DNA of 64,000 bases, taken from positions 36,084,001 through 36,148,000 of the forward strand of contig OX597818.1 of the NCBI GenBank assembly GCA_951406725.2, in the 5' to 3' direction. Below the pieces are notes generated by a model. That model was not told the DNA's origin. It ran no database searches and saw nothing but the letters and a program-made list of their open reading frames with translations. The position numbers were made by a program, and so were the translations under genes. Each line of letters starts with the position of its first letter. Within the stretch, counting starts at the first letter, position 1. The stretch is from Octopus vulgaris (lineage: Eukaryota). Of the stretch, positions 14,882 through 27,162 are shown piece after piece.

Positions 14882-15030
14882 GTCTCTCTGTCTCTCTGTC
14901 TCTCTGTCTCTCTGCCTCTCTCTCTCTGTCTCTCTCTCCTTCTCTCTCTCTCTCTCTGCCTCTCTGTCTGTCAGTCTGTCTGTCTGTCTCTCTCTCTCTG
15001 TGTCTCCCCCTCTCTCTCTCTCTAACCTCC
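12230..15030. repeat. Long polypyrimidine / (CT)n / (CTT)n / (CA)n low-complexity block
   Basis: About 2.8 kb almost entirely of CT-rich and CA repeats; source of the spurious ORFs 12906-13964 and neighbours. Confidence 0.9.
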
Positions 15031-15167
15031 CTTAATTCTGACTTATTCCTTCCTTATTCTCAGCAATTCCATTCTATTGATTTTTTTTTCTTTGCCCATG
15101 CTCTTTTATTTCTTTGGTCTACTACCTCAGCCTGTTCCTCTCACTCGTAATATCTTCATACCCTAAA

Positions 15168-15435
15168 AAGTAAAGTAAAGTAAAATTCCCTTCCGAGTCA
15201 CATAGACTTATAAGGGCCGGTTTTCCGGTTTCCATGGGGCCTACGTATATTCTCCACCTGAACAGAACATCGGTCTGTCGCAGGATTACTCATTTTTACC
15301 AGCTGAGTGGACTGGAGCAACATGAAATGATGTGTTTTTCTCAAGAACACAATGCATTGTCCGGTCCAGATATCGAAACCGTAATCTTACGATCATGAGT
15401 CCAACACCCCTAACCACTAAGCGTCTCGCCTCCAC
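15168..15435 (-). mobile_element. SINE related to family C
   Basis: AGCTGAGTGGACTGGAGCAACATGAAAT core, ATCTTACGATCATGAG..CCCTAACCACTAAGC head on the reverse strand, (AAAGT)n tail. Confidence 0.7.
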
Positions 15436-15739
15436 CATACCCTTGCACTTCATTATGCTTTAGGGGTGGATTATATTATGATATGCTTTCAAAGGAAATC
15501 TACAGTTGTTAATCTCAAGAATAGGGCAAAAGAAAGCGCAGGAGCCAACCTGCTGTGGGGCAATAGCGTTGTCGTTATCTGGAGAACATGATGGAAAGAA
15601 ACATCAACCTCTGTGATAATTGGGCTAACGGAACATAACCTGTCATGCGAAGCCTGTTGTCTTTTGTTCTACAACACTGATTCCTCATGCTCGTGGTACC
15701 ATTTTACGAATTTCAAAGAGTTACAGAAACCATAACTTA

Positions 15740-16015
15740 TACTCTTTTACTCTCTTACTCTTTTACTCTTTTACTTGTTTACTTGTTTCAGTCATTTGAC
15801 TGTGGTCATGCTGGAGCACCGCCTTTTAGTCGAGCAAATCGACCCGAGGACTTATTCTTTGTAAGCCTATTACTTATTTTATCGGTCTCTTTTTGCCGAA
15901 CTGCTAAGTTATGGGGACGTAAACACACCAGCATCGGTTGTCAAGCGATCTTGGGGGGACAAACAGAGACGCACAAACATACACACACACACACTCACAC
16001 ACAATTATACACACA

Positions 16016-16101
<86 letters not shown>

Positions 16102-16265
16102 CGACGAGCTTCTTTCAGTTTCCGTCTACCAAATCCACTCACAAGGCTTTGGTCGACCCGAGGCTATAGTAGAAGACACTCGACCAAGGTGCCACGCAGT
16201 GGAACTGAACCCGAAACAATGTGGTTGGTAAGCAAGCTACTTACCACACAACCACTTCTGTGCCT
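15740..16265 (-). mobile_element. SINE family A
   Basis: Full-length homologue of 4785-5190 with an expanded internal (CA)n. Confidence 0.85.
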
Positions 16266-16562
16266 ATTTTACAGATTAAACATCATTTCAGTAATATTAT
16301 TTTTAACATAATGAAAACTCCTTTAACTTGTCCTTATTGTCTTTATTTCTAGGGTAAAACGATGAAAGTAAGAAAAGATTGATTGACTTATGACTAATTT
16401 GAACTCAGATTGTAAAGAACCGGAAGCAATACCGGTAGCCAAGTGGTCCGGCAGTCAAACAATTCTACCTTCATCGTTTATATGAATGAGGCATGCTTAA
16501 GAGATTGGTAAGAAATAAAATCACATAGAAATTGCATCAGCGAGAGAGCAGAAGAGAGAGGT

Positions 16563-16613
<51 letters not shown>

Positions 16614-16793
16614 TATTTCATTCAATATAAAGAATATACAATAGAGTTATTTAGAAAATGGTCACTATTATGTTTTTATAGATATTAAAAAAATATTTTT
16701 ATTAAAAGGCAATCTTTATATCCAACTTAACGTAGATATTTTCTTCTAGCGCTGAATTCAGCATTATTTACTTTGAGGAGACATCTCAAATGG

Positions 16794-17186
16794 ATGCATA
16801 ATGCATAAAAAGACACATATTCATATCACTGGTAGACGGGAATCATCTGCTACGGGCGCCAGAACTGCCAGACCACAGGATTTCGATATGTTCCGTCCCT
16901 TCAGTGAGAGACGTCCGGTAGCCGCATACTGCAAAATCTCACTACCAGCGATATATGGAATTTCACTTTAATAAGCCTGGTTGGCTATTAGCGACATCAG
17001 TCCCTGAACGGTCACAGGAATTATATATATCGCTGACAGTGAAATTTGATTGCGTGCAGCTACCGGACGTCTCCCACTGAAGAGGTGGGGGTTCGTCGAA
17101 ATCACGGGACCGGACAGTACCGGCACCTGTAGCAGACGATTTTCCTCTGACAACGAAATATATGTGTACTTTTATGCACCATGCAT
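16794..17186. repeat. Imperfect fold-back (~160-bp arms) with hammerhead-like motif
   Basis: Left arm ..ATCTGCTACGGGCGCC..CTTCAGTGAGAGACGTCCGGTAGC..CAGCGATATAT is the diverged reverse complement of right arm ATATATCGCTG..GCTACCGGACGTCTCCCACTGAAG..GGCACCTGTAGCAGA; CTGAAGA..GAAATC at 17077-17103. Confidence 0.75.
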
Positions 17187-17316
17187 GAGAGGTCTTGTCG
17201 TCACAAATAACGCAGTTTTTGGTGTTCTATCAATACATCTACTTTAAGTTGGTTATAATGATATTAACGCCGCTTCCATCACTAATAATTATTTTATCAA
17301 CTTTTATTATAATATA

Positions 17317-17714
17317 CTAGCAGTATCGCCCGGCGTTGCTCGGGTTTGTAAGGGAAATAACTATATAAGCATTTTTAGAGAGTTATAGCCAAAAAATAGC
17401 AAAAAAATGCATTTAAAATGGAAAAAGAATTATGGTAACTTTTTTTTTTAATCGTTGACTCATCGTAGATATTTTTACAGAGTTACTTCCCTTATATAAT
17501 AGCGAAAAAATGCATTAAAATGGAAAAAAATGATGGTAAATTTTTTTTTAAATCGTAGACTCATCGTAGACGCGCGCTAATACCCAGAAGGGCTCGATAT
17601 GAATCACGACTATAAGATACCCGGTTTTGGTTAAACTGCACCGCAAAATATGGGAGTAGTTAGGAATCTAAATCGTAGGAGACAGACACACAACTTCTCT
17701 TTTATATATAAAGA
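17317..17714 (-). mobile_element. Non-autonomous Helitron
   Basis: Reverse strand begins A|TCTTTATATATAAAAG and ends CCCGAGCAACGCCGGG (hairpin)-CGATACTG-CTAG|T: canonical TC...CTAG ends in an A^T target. Confidence 0.8.
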
Positions 17715-18016
17715 TTGTATCTTGTGAAACTTCAGCACTTTTCATAGGACCCTGATGTCCCTTAGAAACGACTTTGGGAAACACTGCTCTCCTTAATCCA
17801 CCAATGATGTTTAACATAAATAAGACACATAAGCTAACAAGGTGATTTTAAGTGGTTATTCGAAATGCTAGAAATAGCGGTCAAATTATTTTCATATCAC
17901 ACACGGCCATCTTAAATACAGGATATATGAAGTTAATCTTTCTAGCAAGTTTACAGAAAGGTGGAGAAAGGATTGCTGCACGACTTTTTCGTGCTCCGTT
18001 CAAAGTATCCGATTCC

Positions 18017-18069
<53 letters not shown>

Positions 18070-18789
18070 TGGGAGTGGGATGAGGGAGAGAAACGATTCC
18101 CTATTTTCTCAGCACTTGGCAGTGCTATTTTAAGGTCATGCTGATTTTAGTGGGATTTGAACTCAATGCAACGAGAACCGGTACAAAGACTCCAAAGTTT
18201 CTGTGCACTGCTCTAATAAATCTGTCAAATCCTAATGCCACCCCAAATGAACGGGATGATCACGGCTGGATTGCCTTTGATCATTGGTTTCCTCAATAAC
18301 AGTTGATTTGGGACCGAATGACAACATGAACGATACAAGGACACGTATCAACGAGGTGCCATTTCCCACGTGGTCCCTTGACCCTGTAGAAACAGCAGAT
18401 AAATTTCTCTTAATTCGTGTTTTATTGTCAGGAAAACACAACACATTAAATAATAAAGTCATGGGTAACACTCTGCCTAAAAGTGAGGATAGTCGAGATT
18501 AGAATGGCTTTGATCGGTAATTTGCTAATTAATCACTTTTCTCCTTTTATTTTAAATCCATTCACATTGGCGTACACACACGTCAAGAGCAAAAGTATCT
18601 TCGGTCACTACAGCCTAACAGGAATACCGCCCTTGACAATGTCTCGTCCATTATCGGCATTGTGTCCTTTAGCTAACCCTATAATTGTTAAATCTTTCAG
18701 TCCCTTCCTATTTCCAGGATATACCATGACATTTGGAAATACACTTTTGTGTTGAACGACACAAGATTGGCAAATCCCCATTGGAGGAT

Positions 18790-19550
18790 GCTTTCACGGT
18801 CTCTGTTCATGCAGTCGGTATGGGCTTAGCACGTGGTCTAGGCTGCATGTGAATGACGCATTGTTACGAAAGGTTACAGAAGAATGAAGAGTTTTATCAT
18901 CGGCGTAAGAGTAGACCTTGTTGGTCACTGCATTATAGGATTGTACTATAGGCCATTATAGGAAGGGTATGAGAGACAAAATCGGACCACGTGATGCAAC
19001 AGAGTTGGGGATATGAAAACAGAAAGCTCCGCGAGTACATTCCGTGATAGAGCGATCTGATAGGAAGTTCTTAATTCAACAGATGAGAAATAAGTGAAGT
19101 CGAAAGTCGGATAGACTCGGCGAAACGTTTGTTGATGTTAGAACGACAACATAACTTTCACCCAAAACAGGTGACATACGAGGATAGGTCACGAGTGAAT
19201 CTTGCATTACAGAAGCCGAACAATTGTCTGTTAAAGAGAAGGGAAGATTCAAGGTATTGTAGAACATCGTGGTTAATGGGTGTTTCAATTAACTTAAGAA
19301 TATTGGAAGCAAGCGTGATAGGGCGATAATTAGAAGGGCCAACAGAACTTGAATTTCTTGGAAATGCGATACACTAAAGCTCGTTTCTAAAGATCAGAGC
19401 GAATATCTGTAAAGAGATGATTTGAGGTAATATAGAGACTAGATCAAAAGCAAAAACCAAAAAAAAATGGAAAATAATGGAAGGGGCATCGACAGAGTAG
19501 GTGTCTTTGTTGGTTTAAGGTGACCTGAGATACTTGTGCACTTTGCGTGT
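18790..19550 (-). pseudogene. Highly decayed non-LTR RT fragment (CR1/Jockey group)
   Basis: The reverse strand near 18870-18930 reads VTNKVYSYADDKTLHSSVTF (YADD motif); upstream SVMQDSLV resembles a decayed GVPQGS motif and an AFD-like codon run lies near 19445. Confidence 0.45.
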
Positions 19551-19567
19551 GTAAATAAATAAATATA

Positions 19568-20058
19568 AATGCGCCCTTTTAAAGCCTAGCCAGGCTCATG
19601 GGCCCGGTTTTCTGGTTTCTATGGCGTATGTGTTCCCCAGCTGGACGGGACGCGAGTCCATCGCAGCGTTACTCATTTTTGCCAGCTGAGTGGACTGGAG
19701 CAACGTGAAATGAAGTGTTTTGCTCAAGAACCCAACGCGTCGTCCGATCCAGGAATCGAAACCACAATCTTACGATCATGGTGCTGACACCCTAAGCCAC
19801 GCGCTCATAATGCGCCCTTTTAAAGCGTAGCCAGGTTCATGGGCCCGGTTTCCCTGTTTTAATGGCGTACGTGTTCCTCAGCTGGATGGGGCGCCAGCCC
19901 ATCGCAGTGTTACTCATTTTTGCCAGCTGAGTGGACTGGAGCAACGTGAAATGAAGTGTTTTTCTCAAGAACACAACGCGTCGCCCGGTCCAGGAGTCGA
20001 AACCACAATCTTACGATCATGGTGCTGACACCCTAACCACTAAGCCACGCGCCTCCAC
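19568..20058 (-). mobile_element. Tandem dimer of a family-C-related SINE
   Basis: Two ~240-bp direct repeats each beginning AATGCGCCCTTTTAAAGC (19568 and ~19809), with GGTTTCGA.TCC B box on the reverse strand. Confidence 0.8.
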
Positions 20059-20469
20059 ACTTTGCCTGTGTATATAGTAATAAATGGATTTATAATAAAA
20101 GACTAAGACTGAGGTTATTTAGATGTGTTTCATTGTTTTATGGGTACTGATTGATATAGATGAAAAATCAAAATTGATTCATGCTGAACAGATTTTTAAC
20201 TGAGAACGTCTTTGCCTTTTTACTAACCAAAAACCACAAAACATTTGGTAATGTCCACTAGTTTCCAGTCAGTTCTTGACCGAGAAGACCTATGCGTAAG
20301 AGCGCTCCAGCTATGAGCGACCATGTTGCTTTTCTCTCTTTTCAGGCGTAATATTTCTAGCACTTCGAGGTATATATTATCCAGCCGGTCTTTCCATTCA
20401 CAAGACATATTCTACAATATTTTACTCTTCTTTTACAACATACATTCAGTTACTCTCTCCCGTCCTCCA

Positions 20470-20522
<53 letters not shown>

Positions 20523-21278
20523 GCCTATCCCTTCTTCTCTCATTCACATATTTCATCCCCATTTGCCGATATAATACCTTTTTTTTTTTCATTTTGTTTT
20601 CAAACACTTTTCCTCTTCTCTGGCCTTTTCCTCTGGCTCAATACCTCCATACTTTTTTCCGCCTTCCTTTGTCTTGCTCTCTTCCTTTCCCACTTCCTCT
20701 CCCTCCCTCCCTCCCCCTCTCTCTCTCCCGCTCTCTCTCTCTCTCTCTTTCTTTCTCTCCCTCATCCTCTGACACTTGGTTCACTTCTCCCACTTCCTCA
20801 ATTTCTGTCTAACTATTATTTGCACCCAACTTACAAACACTTGTTATCTCCCTCTGAAAACCTCTCCATCGTTTACGCTCCCGCACCTACATCCTCTCTT
20901 TCTTTCATTCACTAAACCTTTCATTATATATTTCCTTTCCTTTGGTCTTTCCTTCATTTATATCTTCATATTTATTCTTTTTTTTACTTTTATTTTCTCC
21001 GTATTCATCATGTATCGTTCATTAAGAAATTATTTCTGTTATCGCTCTCCTTTATTAATTTTCGCAAGTCCCACTTCCTCGCCCTGCCAAGCCCCATCTC
21101 TTGCTGTTTTCTTCCCTTTACCAGCACCCTACATCTTTCCCTTCATCCTACCTTTTCGTCTGTTATCCTCTCTACACTATTACACACTTATCTCCCCCTT
21201 TCTCTCTCTGCCTTTATTCTGTTTTAATGTTCATTCTTTCCATGCACGCACGTTCACTCTGTCTCTTTGTCTCTCTCT

Positions 21279-21316
<38 letters not shown>

Positions 21317-21471
21317 CTTTGTACTCTTACTCTACAAAGGAAAACGTTTACAACATGTCATTCATGAATGACATATTAATACGGCACTCTATGGTTATCC
21401 AACATTCCAGACGATCCATTCTCAATCCATTAAGCGAATCAAAAGTCGTGCATGTGTACGCTTCAGTCTGA

Positions 21472-21672
21472 GTGTGCGCGTGTGCGTGTGTGCGCGTGTG
21501 CGTGTGTGCGCGTGTGCGTGTGTGCGCGTGTGCGTGTGTGCGCGTGTGCGTGTGTGCGCGTGTGCGTGTGTGCGCTCGCGCTCGCGTATGTGTGTGTGCG
21601 TGCTCTCGCGTATATGTGTGTGCGTGCGTGTGTTTGTGCGTGTGTCTGTTTGTGTGTGAGCGTGCGTGTGTG
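21472..21672. repeat. Alternating purine-pyrimidine minisatellite (16-nt unit GCGCGTGTGCGTGTGT)
   Basis: About 6 consecutive near-perfect units, then degenerate (TG/CG)n. Confidence 0.85.
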
Positions 21673-22890
21673 CCCAATCTCCCATTCACAACAGAAAGAC
21701 TCGAAACCACGGGCTAAGGATAGAATTTCAACATGGTTATTCGGACTACTAAGAATAACAACTAAATTCCACTCCAAACTCACCATGCCTTCTAGCTACA
21801 ACTAGGCCATCTTTCATGAAAGTTACCCTTAATCAAAGTGGGCCTGGGACAATACTTCCTGGGCCTACAAACGTGATCGTTTATTCAATAAAAAATAGCA
21901 ACTAAATACTCTTCAAATCACTCGCCATCTTTAAAAACAGACAAGAGGGACATTGCATAAGTTAGTCCGTAATAGACTTGATCTGAATAAACCGTCTGAA
22001 AGACGTTATGTTCTTGGCTGGATAGTTTTGAGCACAGGTCTTCGGAATCAAAATATATTGTTAGTAATATCCATTATTAAGTCCACAGCGAGTCTAACTG
22101 TAGTGATTTTGTATGTGGAACAAAGAAAGACAAACCAAAGCCAACAGTGTGGAGTATACGGTTTTTAGTTTTATATTGGGAAGGTGAAATAGAGAAAGGG
22201 TGGTTGACATTTGGTACCATCGTCAATCGGCTGAAGGGAAGGATTGAGAGAGAGAGAGAGGGAGAGAAAGAGAGAGAGAATTTTTTTATTCACCATAAGG
22301 TTGAGAAAAAGAGGGGAAGATACGGAGACAGACAAAACAAACGTTGGGGGTCAGGGTATCGAATGAGACGAAACGTATGAATAAACAAACAATTAAAATA
22401 TATACAATTAAATAAGAATAAGTGATTAACAAAAAATGAAGCGGAGGACGCGGTTGACCCCAAAAACCACAAACTCACACTGAAGACTTTGCTTTCTCCT
22501 TTTTTACATTCTCGATTAAACAGGTTCTTTCACTCGCAACATACTTGCTATAGACTTCCATCTTTTACGAAACACATTTTGCGACAGGCATTTCTTCTCC
22601 AACCTTATTTTCCGGTTCATGTGGAAAATGAAAAAGTCAATTAGCTCGAGACTGGGGAGAGATGGATGAAGGGGGTACATGCACGTAGTGGTAGGAAAAT
22701 AATCTGGGTATGATTCTCTATATATGTTTCAATATAACTTTTATATATTAGTTATAATATACGGGAAAGATTTGGGAATTTGCTCTTTTCCGTTGTCGCT
22801 TCCAATACATCCACCTGTTTCGTTATTTATATCTAATACAAGACGGGTTACATTCCCTTCGGTAAGCAGGCTGACTGATAAGTATCTGAG

Positions 22891-23206
22891 AAGGCAGGTG
22901 GCTTAGTTGTTAGGGGTTTCGGCTCATGATCATAAGGTCGTAAGTTCAATTCCCGGCGGCGCGTTGTGTCCTTGAGCAAGACACTTTATTTCACGTTGCT
23001 CCAGTCCACTCAGCTGGCAAACATGAGTAGTACCTGTATTTCAAAGGGCCAGCCTTGCCACACTCTGTGTCACGCTGAATCTCCCCTACATTAAGAGTAC
23101 ACGTGTATGTGGAGTACTCAGCCACTTGCACGTTAATTTCACGAGCAAGCTGCTCCGTTGATCGTATCAGCTGGGACCTTCGTCGTCGTCACTGACGGAG
23201 TGCTCC
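22891..23206 (+). mobile_element. SINE related to family C
   Basis: TGGCTTAGTTG A box, AGTTCAATTCC B box, TGTGTCCTTGAGCAAGACACTTTATTTCACGTTGCTCCAGTCCACTCAGCTG core. Confidence 0.78.
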
Positions 23207-23273
23207 TCATTTCTGAGAAGTTATTGGAATGCGATTCTGTTTAACTTCGTTGCCCGTAAGTAACAACAGATCT

Positions 23274-23716
23274 GGGATCTTTTCCGTTTGAACGGCAGTT
23301 TTTTCTAGCGGTGTCATATGAAATTGTCAACCATAATTATGACCCTAGTACCGATCTATTGCATTTCAATCTGTTTTAGGGTCAGGGTTAGGGTTAGAGT
23401 TAGGGTTAGTGTTAGGGGTGGGGGGAAGGGTATATTTTTTTCTTCAGAAATGTAAATAAACCCAATCTGTTTCTTAAACGAGGGACATATTCATACGGCA
23501 CAGAATGTTCTCACCCCAATAGACGCCATTGATTGATTGAAATTGCAGAAATTGAAGAAGAAAAAACAACAAATATCTTACAAACTATAGAATTTTCTCA
23601 ATAGAGCCAAGAGAAAAAGATGTTTTATAAACACATTCTACCAGTATACGAAGTTTAAAGTGTTAAGTTACGTGGAAATTATTTTTAAAAACTGCCGTTC
23701 AAACCGAAAAGATCCC
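23274..23716. mobile_element. MITE with ~30-bp TIRs and internal telomere-like (TTAGGG)n
   Basis: Left GGGATCTTTTCCGTTTGAACGGCAGTTTTT, right AAAAACTGCCGTTCAAACCGAAAAGATCCC; degenerate TTAGGG run at ~23376-23417. Confidence 0.8.
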
Positions 23717-23994
23717 GAATCTGTTTTTTCGTGAAATAAAACTATTCCAAATATAAGTCGTCATTCAGGTAACGTGAAGTACAATTACTGATTTGGTGTT
23801 TACACACATAAAAATAAAAATTCTTTCTACCTGTTATTAGGGTTATAGGGAATTTCGCGCGTAAACATTTTTGCCGTAGGAATATTCAACGTAAGAAACT
23901 TCGTTTAAAATTACCTCATCACGTCTATTTAATGCTTGATTTGAATAAAGACTTACCTATTCAATACTTTTTTTTTTTATCTTTTATATATTTC

Positions 23995-24225
23995 TTGCTT
24001 CAGTTATTAGACTGCGGCCATGCTGGGGCACCGATCTGTAGAATTTGTAGCTGAAGGAGTCGAACCCCAGTACTTACTTGCTTTGCCATTTTTTTTTTAT
24101 CTTTAAAGCCTGGTACTCATTCTATCGATATCTCTTGCCGAACCACTAGATTACGGGAACATTAACACACCAGCACCGGTTGTCAAGCGGTAGCGGGGAA
24201 CACACAGAGTCACAAAGATATGTAC

Positions 24226-24265
<40 letters not shown>

Positions 24266-24470
24266 CGGGAAGCTTTATGAAAATAAACAAAAGACGAAGG
24301 CAGGTGGAATACAAACAAACAATTGTATTAGTATGGCGCTCAGAATATAAATAAAACAAGTCTTTTACGTTTCGAGCCTACGCTCTTCAACAGAAAGATA
24401 CACAGAAAAGAAACACGGAAAGAAACTAGGAGAGAAAAAAATGCGTGCAGAAGCTAGCGAATCAACATGG

Positions 24471-24520
<50 letters not shown>

Positions 24521-24560
24521 CTATAGCGGAAGTCACTTGCCCAAGGTGCCACCCAGTGGA
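23995..24560 (-). mobile_element. Diverged SINE family A, interrupted in its internal (TA)n by an H1 element
   Basis: GACTGCGGCCATGCTGG..TTGTCAAGCG on the left; AAGGCTATAG..CACTTGCCCAAGGTGCC resumes after the insert. Confidence 0.7.
24265..24472 (-). mobile_element. H1 hammerhead-bearing element inserted in (TA)n
   Basis: Reverse complement of 24361-24398: TCTTT-CTGTTGA-A-GAGC-gtag-GCTC-GAAACGT-A-AAAGA; (TA)n on both sides. Confidence 0.7.
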
Positions 24561-25161
24561 AACACATACTTTTTTGTTTTTTGTTTCAAAATATACGCTT
24601 TGTCATTGTCCATGCAGCAAAATTTCTTACAGTGAATTTTCCAGACACGGTTAAAAAGAGATTTCAGCAAACAATAAGCAGGAAAACCAAACTGTATCCT
24701 ATAAACTTCTAATTTAGAGACATTTTACTGACCCTACATTTATTTTCAATATTCACGCTGTTGAGGAAACTTCCAAGTACCCAATCGAACAGTTAGAAAT
24801 AGTAGCCAAACCTTTCTTGACTCACGCCACTTTAAGGTGTCTTTTAATGAAGTTTAAAGTCGACGAGGACACATTGGATAATCAAGTCTTAGATTATCAT
24901 ATATCTCAAAAAGAAAACTGAATATTTAAGGCTGAAACATTTTTTTATCATACATCTCACAGGGCACACTAGACATTAAGCAACAACAACAGTAACAACA
25001 TACATATTTCTTCATGTGGGATAGTCAAGTTGTGGCGTCTCACATCTCATATGTCAATAATATTGCAAAGAGGGTTCCTTAAGGATTTTAAAGCCAATTC
25101 CTTTCGATGGCAAGGTCTGTCCCCGATGTTTCTGTGAACACTAAGTGGTTAATACTGTAAA

Positions 25162-25215
<54 letters not shown>

Positions 25216-25263
25216 CATCATCATCATCATCATCGTCGTCGTCGTCGTCGTTCGTCGTCGTCG

Positions 25264-25294
<31 letters not shown>

Positions 25295-25323
25295 AGTCGT
25301 CATCATCATCATCATCATCATCA

Positions 25324-25364
<41 letters not shown>

Positions 25365-25825
25365 GAGTGAGAGAGCAGTTCATGCCATCAAAGTGACACT
25401 GGGGTAAAATATACGAAGCCCAATATACCCATCATGACTACCCGTCTGATAAAGGTACACCAGGCACATGCATCACAACCATATGTGCGCGACATGGTGA
25501 TCTCATATCAAGATAAACAGCACATGACCTTGCAGGTGGGGCTCAGTTAGAATTTTCTTCAGGTTGAGTAGCCCATCCCGCTCAAACGGTCCCTGAATAA
25601 GGGTTGTTTAAGGATGTTGAAAGAACCACCCATGTTTCCAGAGGTGAACTATTCAAACCCCAAAGAATCCCTCTCAACACATGGCTATGATGCTCCCCCA
25701 CTACTTCTGCTCGTGATCAGAGATGCAGCTAGCGTCAGCCACTAAGGGACATTCTCAACTGGTTACGGTCAAACAACTGACAAGCAAATCTGTGGTATTG
25801 AGCAGAATATTTGCTGTAGCCCATC

Positions 25826-25830
<5 letters not shown>
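25365..25830 (-). mobile_element. (TAA)n-embedded element, copy 2 (truncated)
   Basis: Homologous to 2155-2620; ends at CCCATCTTTTA and runs into (TTA)n. Confidence 0.8.
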
Positions 25831-25888
<58 letters not shown>

Positions 25889-25890
<2 letters not shown>

Positions 25891-26070
25891 CGGTGAGCTG
25901 GCAGAATCGTTAGCACGCCGGCTAAAATGCTTAGCCGTAATTCGTCTGTCTTTACGCTCTGAGGTCAAACATCGCCGTGGTCGACTTTCTCTTTAATCTT
26001 TTCAGGGTCGGTAAATTAAATACCAGTTGAGCACTAGGGTCGATGTAATCGATTATCCCCCACCCCGAAT
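25889..26070 (+). mobile_element. SINE family B
   Basis: Full head GGCGGTGAGCTGGCAGAATCGTTAGCACG immediately after (ATT)n. Confidence 0.78.
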
Positions 26071-26077
26071 TAATAAT

Positions 26078-26572
<495 letters not shown>

Positions 26573-26580
26573 ATGTATGT

Positions 26581-26717
26581 AGTTGGAAAAGGCACAAATT
26601 ATATTAGAGAATGTTTAATATTTTTGTTACAGTGAGTGATTTAATATATTTAGAATCACTCACTGTAACAAAAATATTAAACATTCTCTAAAATATACTT
26701 TTGTGCTTTTTCCAACT
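26581..26717. repeat. Near-perfect palindrome (~60-bp arms)
   Basis: AGTTGGAAAA..TAGAGAATGTTTAATATTTTTGTTACAGTGAGTGATT / AATCACTCACTGTAACAAAAATATTAAACATTCTCTA..TTTTCCAACT. Confidence 0.88.
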
Positions 26718-26791
26718 TTATTTTTTTAACTGTATTTATTTACATACATACATATATACATACATATATATACATATATACATATATATAT

Positions 26792-26824
<33 letters not shown>

Positions 26825-26835
26825 CTTTATTAAAA

Positions 26836-27003
26836 TGCAGCAAAAGTATTACAAAAACTGTTACTCGGAGTTTCACGCTCCAGTTCGTCGGACAGTTTTG
26901 TTTAAAATCGAAATCTGTTTAGAATCTAGATTTTAAATAAAACTCTAAGACGAACGGGAACGTGAATCTCTGAGTAACAGTTTTTGTGATATTTTTGATG
27001 CTT
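26836..27003. repeat. Fold-back with a hammerhead-like motif in each arm
   Basis: Reverse complement of 26854-26899: AAAACTGT-CCGACGA-AC..GT-GAAACTCCGAGT-A-ACAGTTTT; diverged plus-strand counterpart at ~26939-26985. Confidence 0.75.
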
Positions 27004-27162
27004 GTTAATAAGGCATATTACTCTACCTCTGGTATTCGAATACTATTTTCTCCAACTTGTTTCGCATTTTTGTGCTTACTCTGGTATATTTATATATATA
27101 TATTTATATACATATACATATATGTATGTATGTATATATGTATATATGTATGTATGTATGTA

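Noticed and set aside
12906-15150. Long ORFs of 180-350 aa (12906-13964, 13907-14659, 14599-15150)
   Set aside because: They are translations of CT/CTT/CA repeats that lack stop codons by composition; no domain signal.
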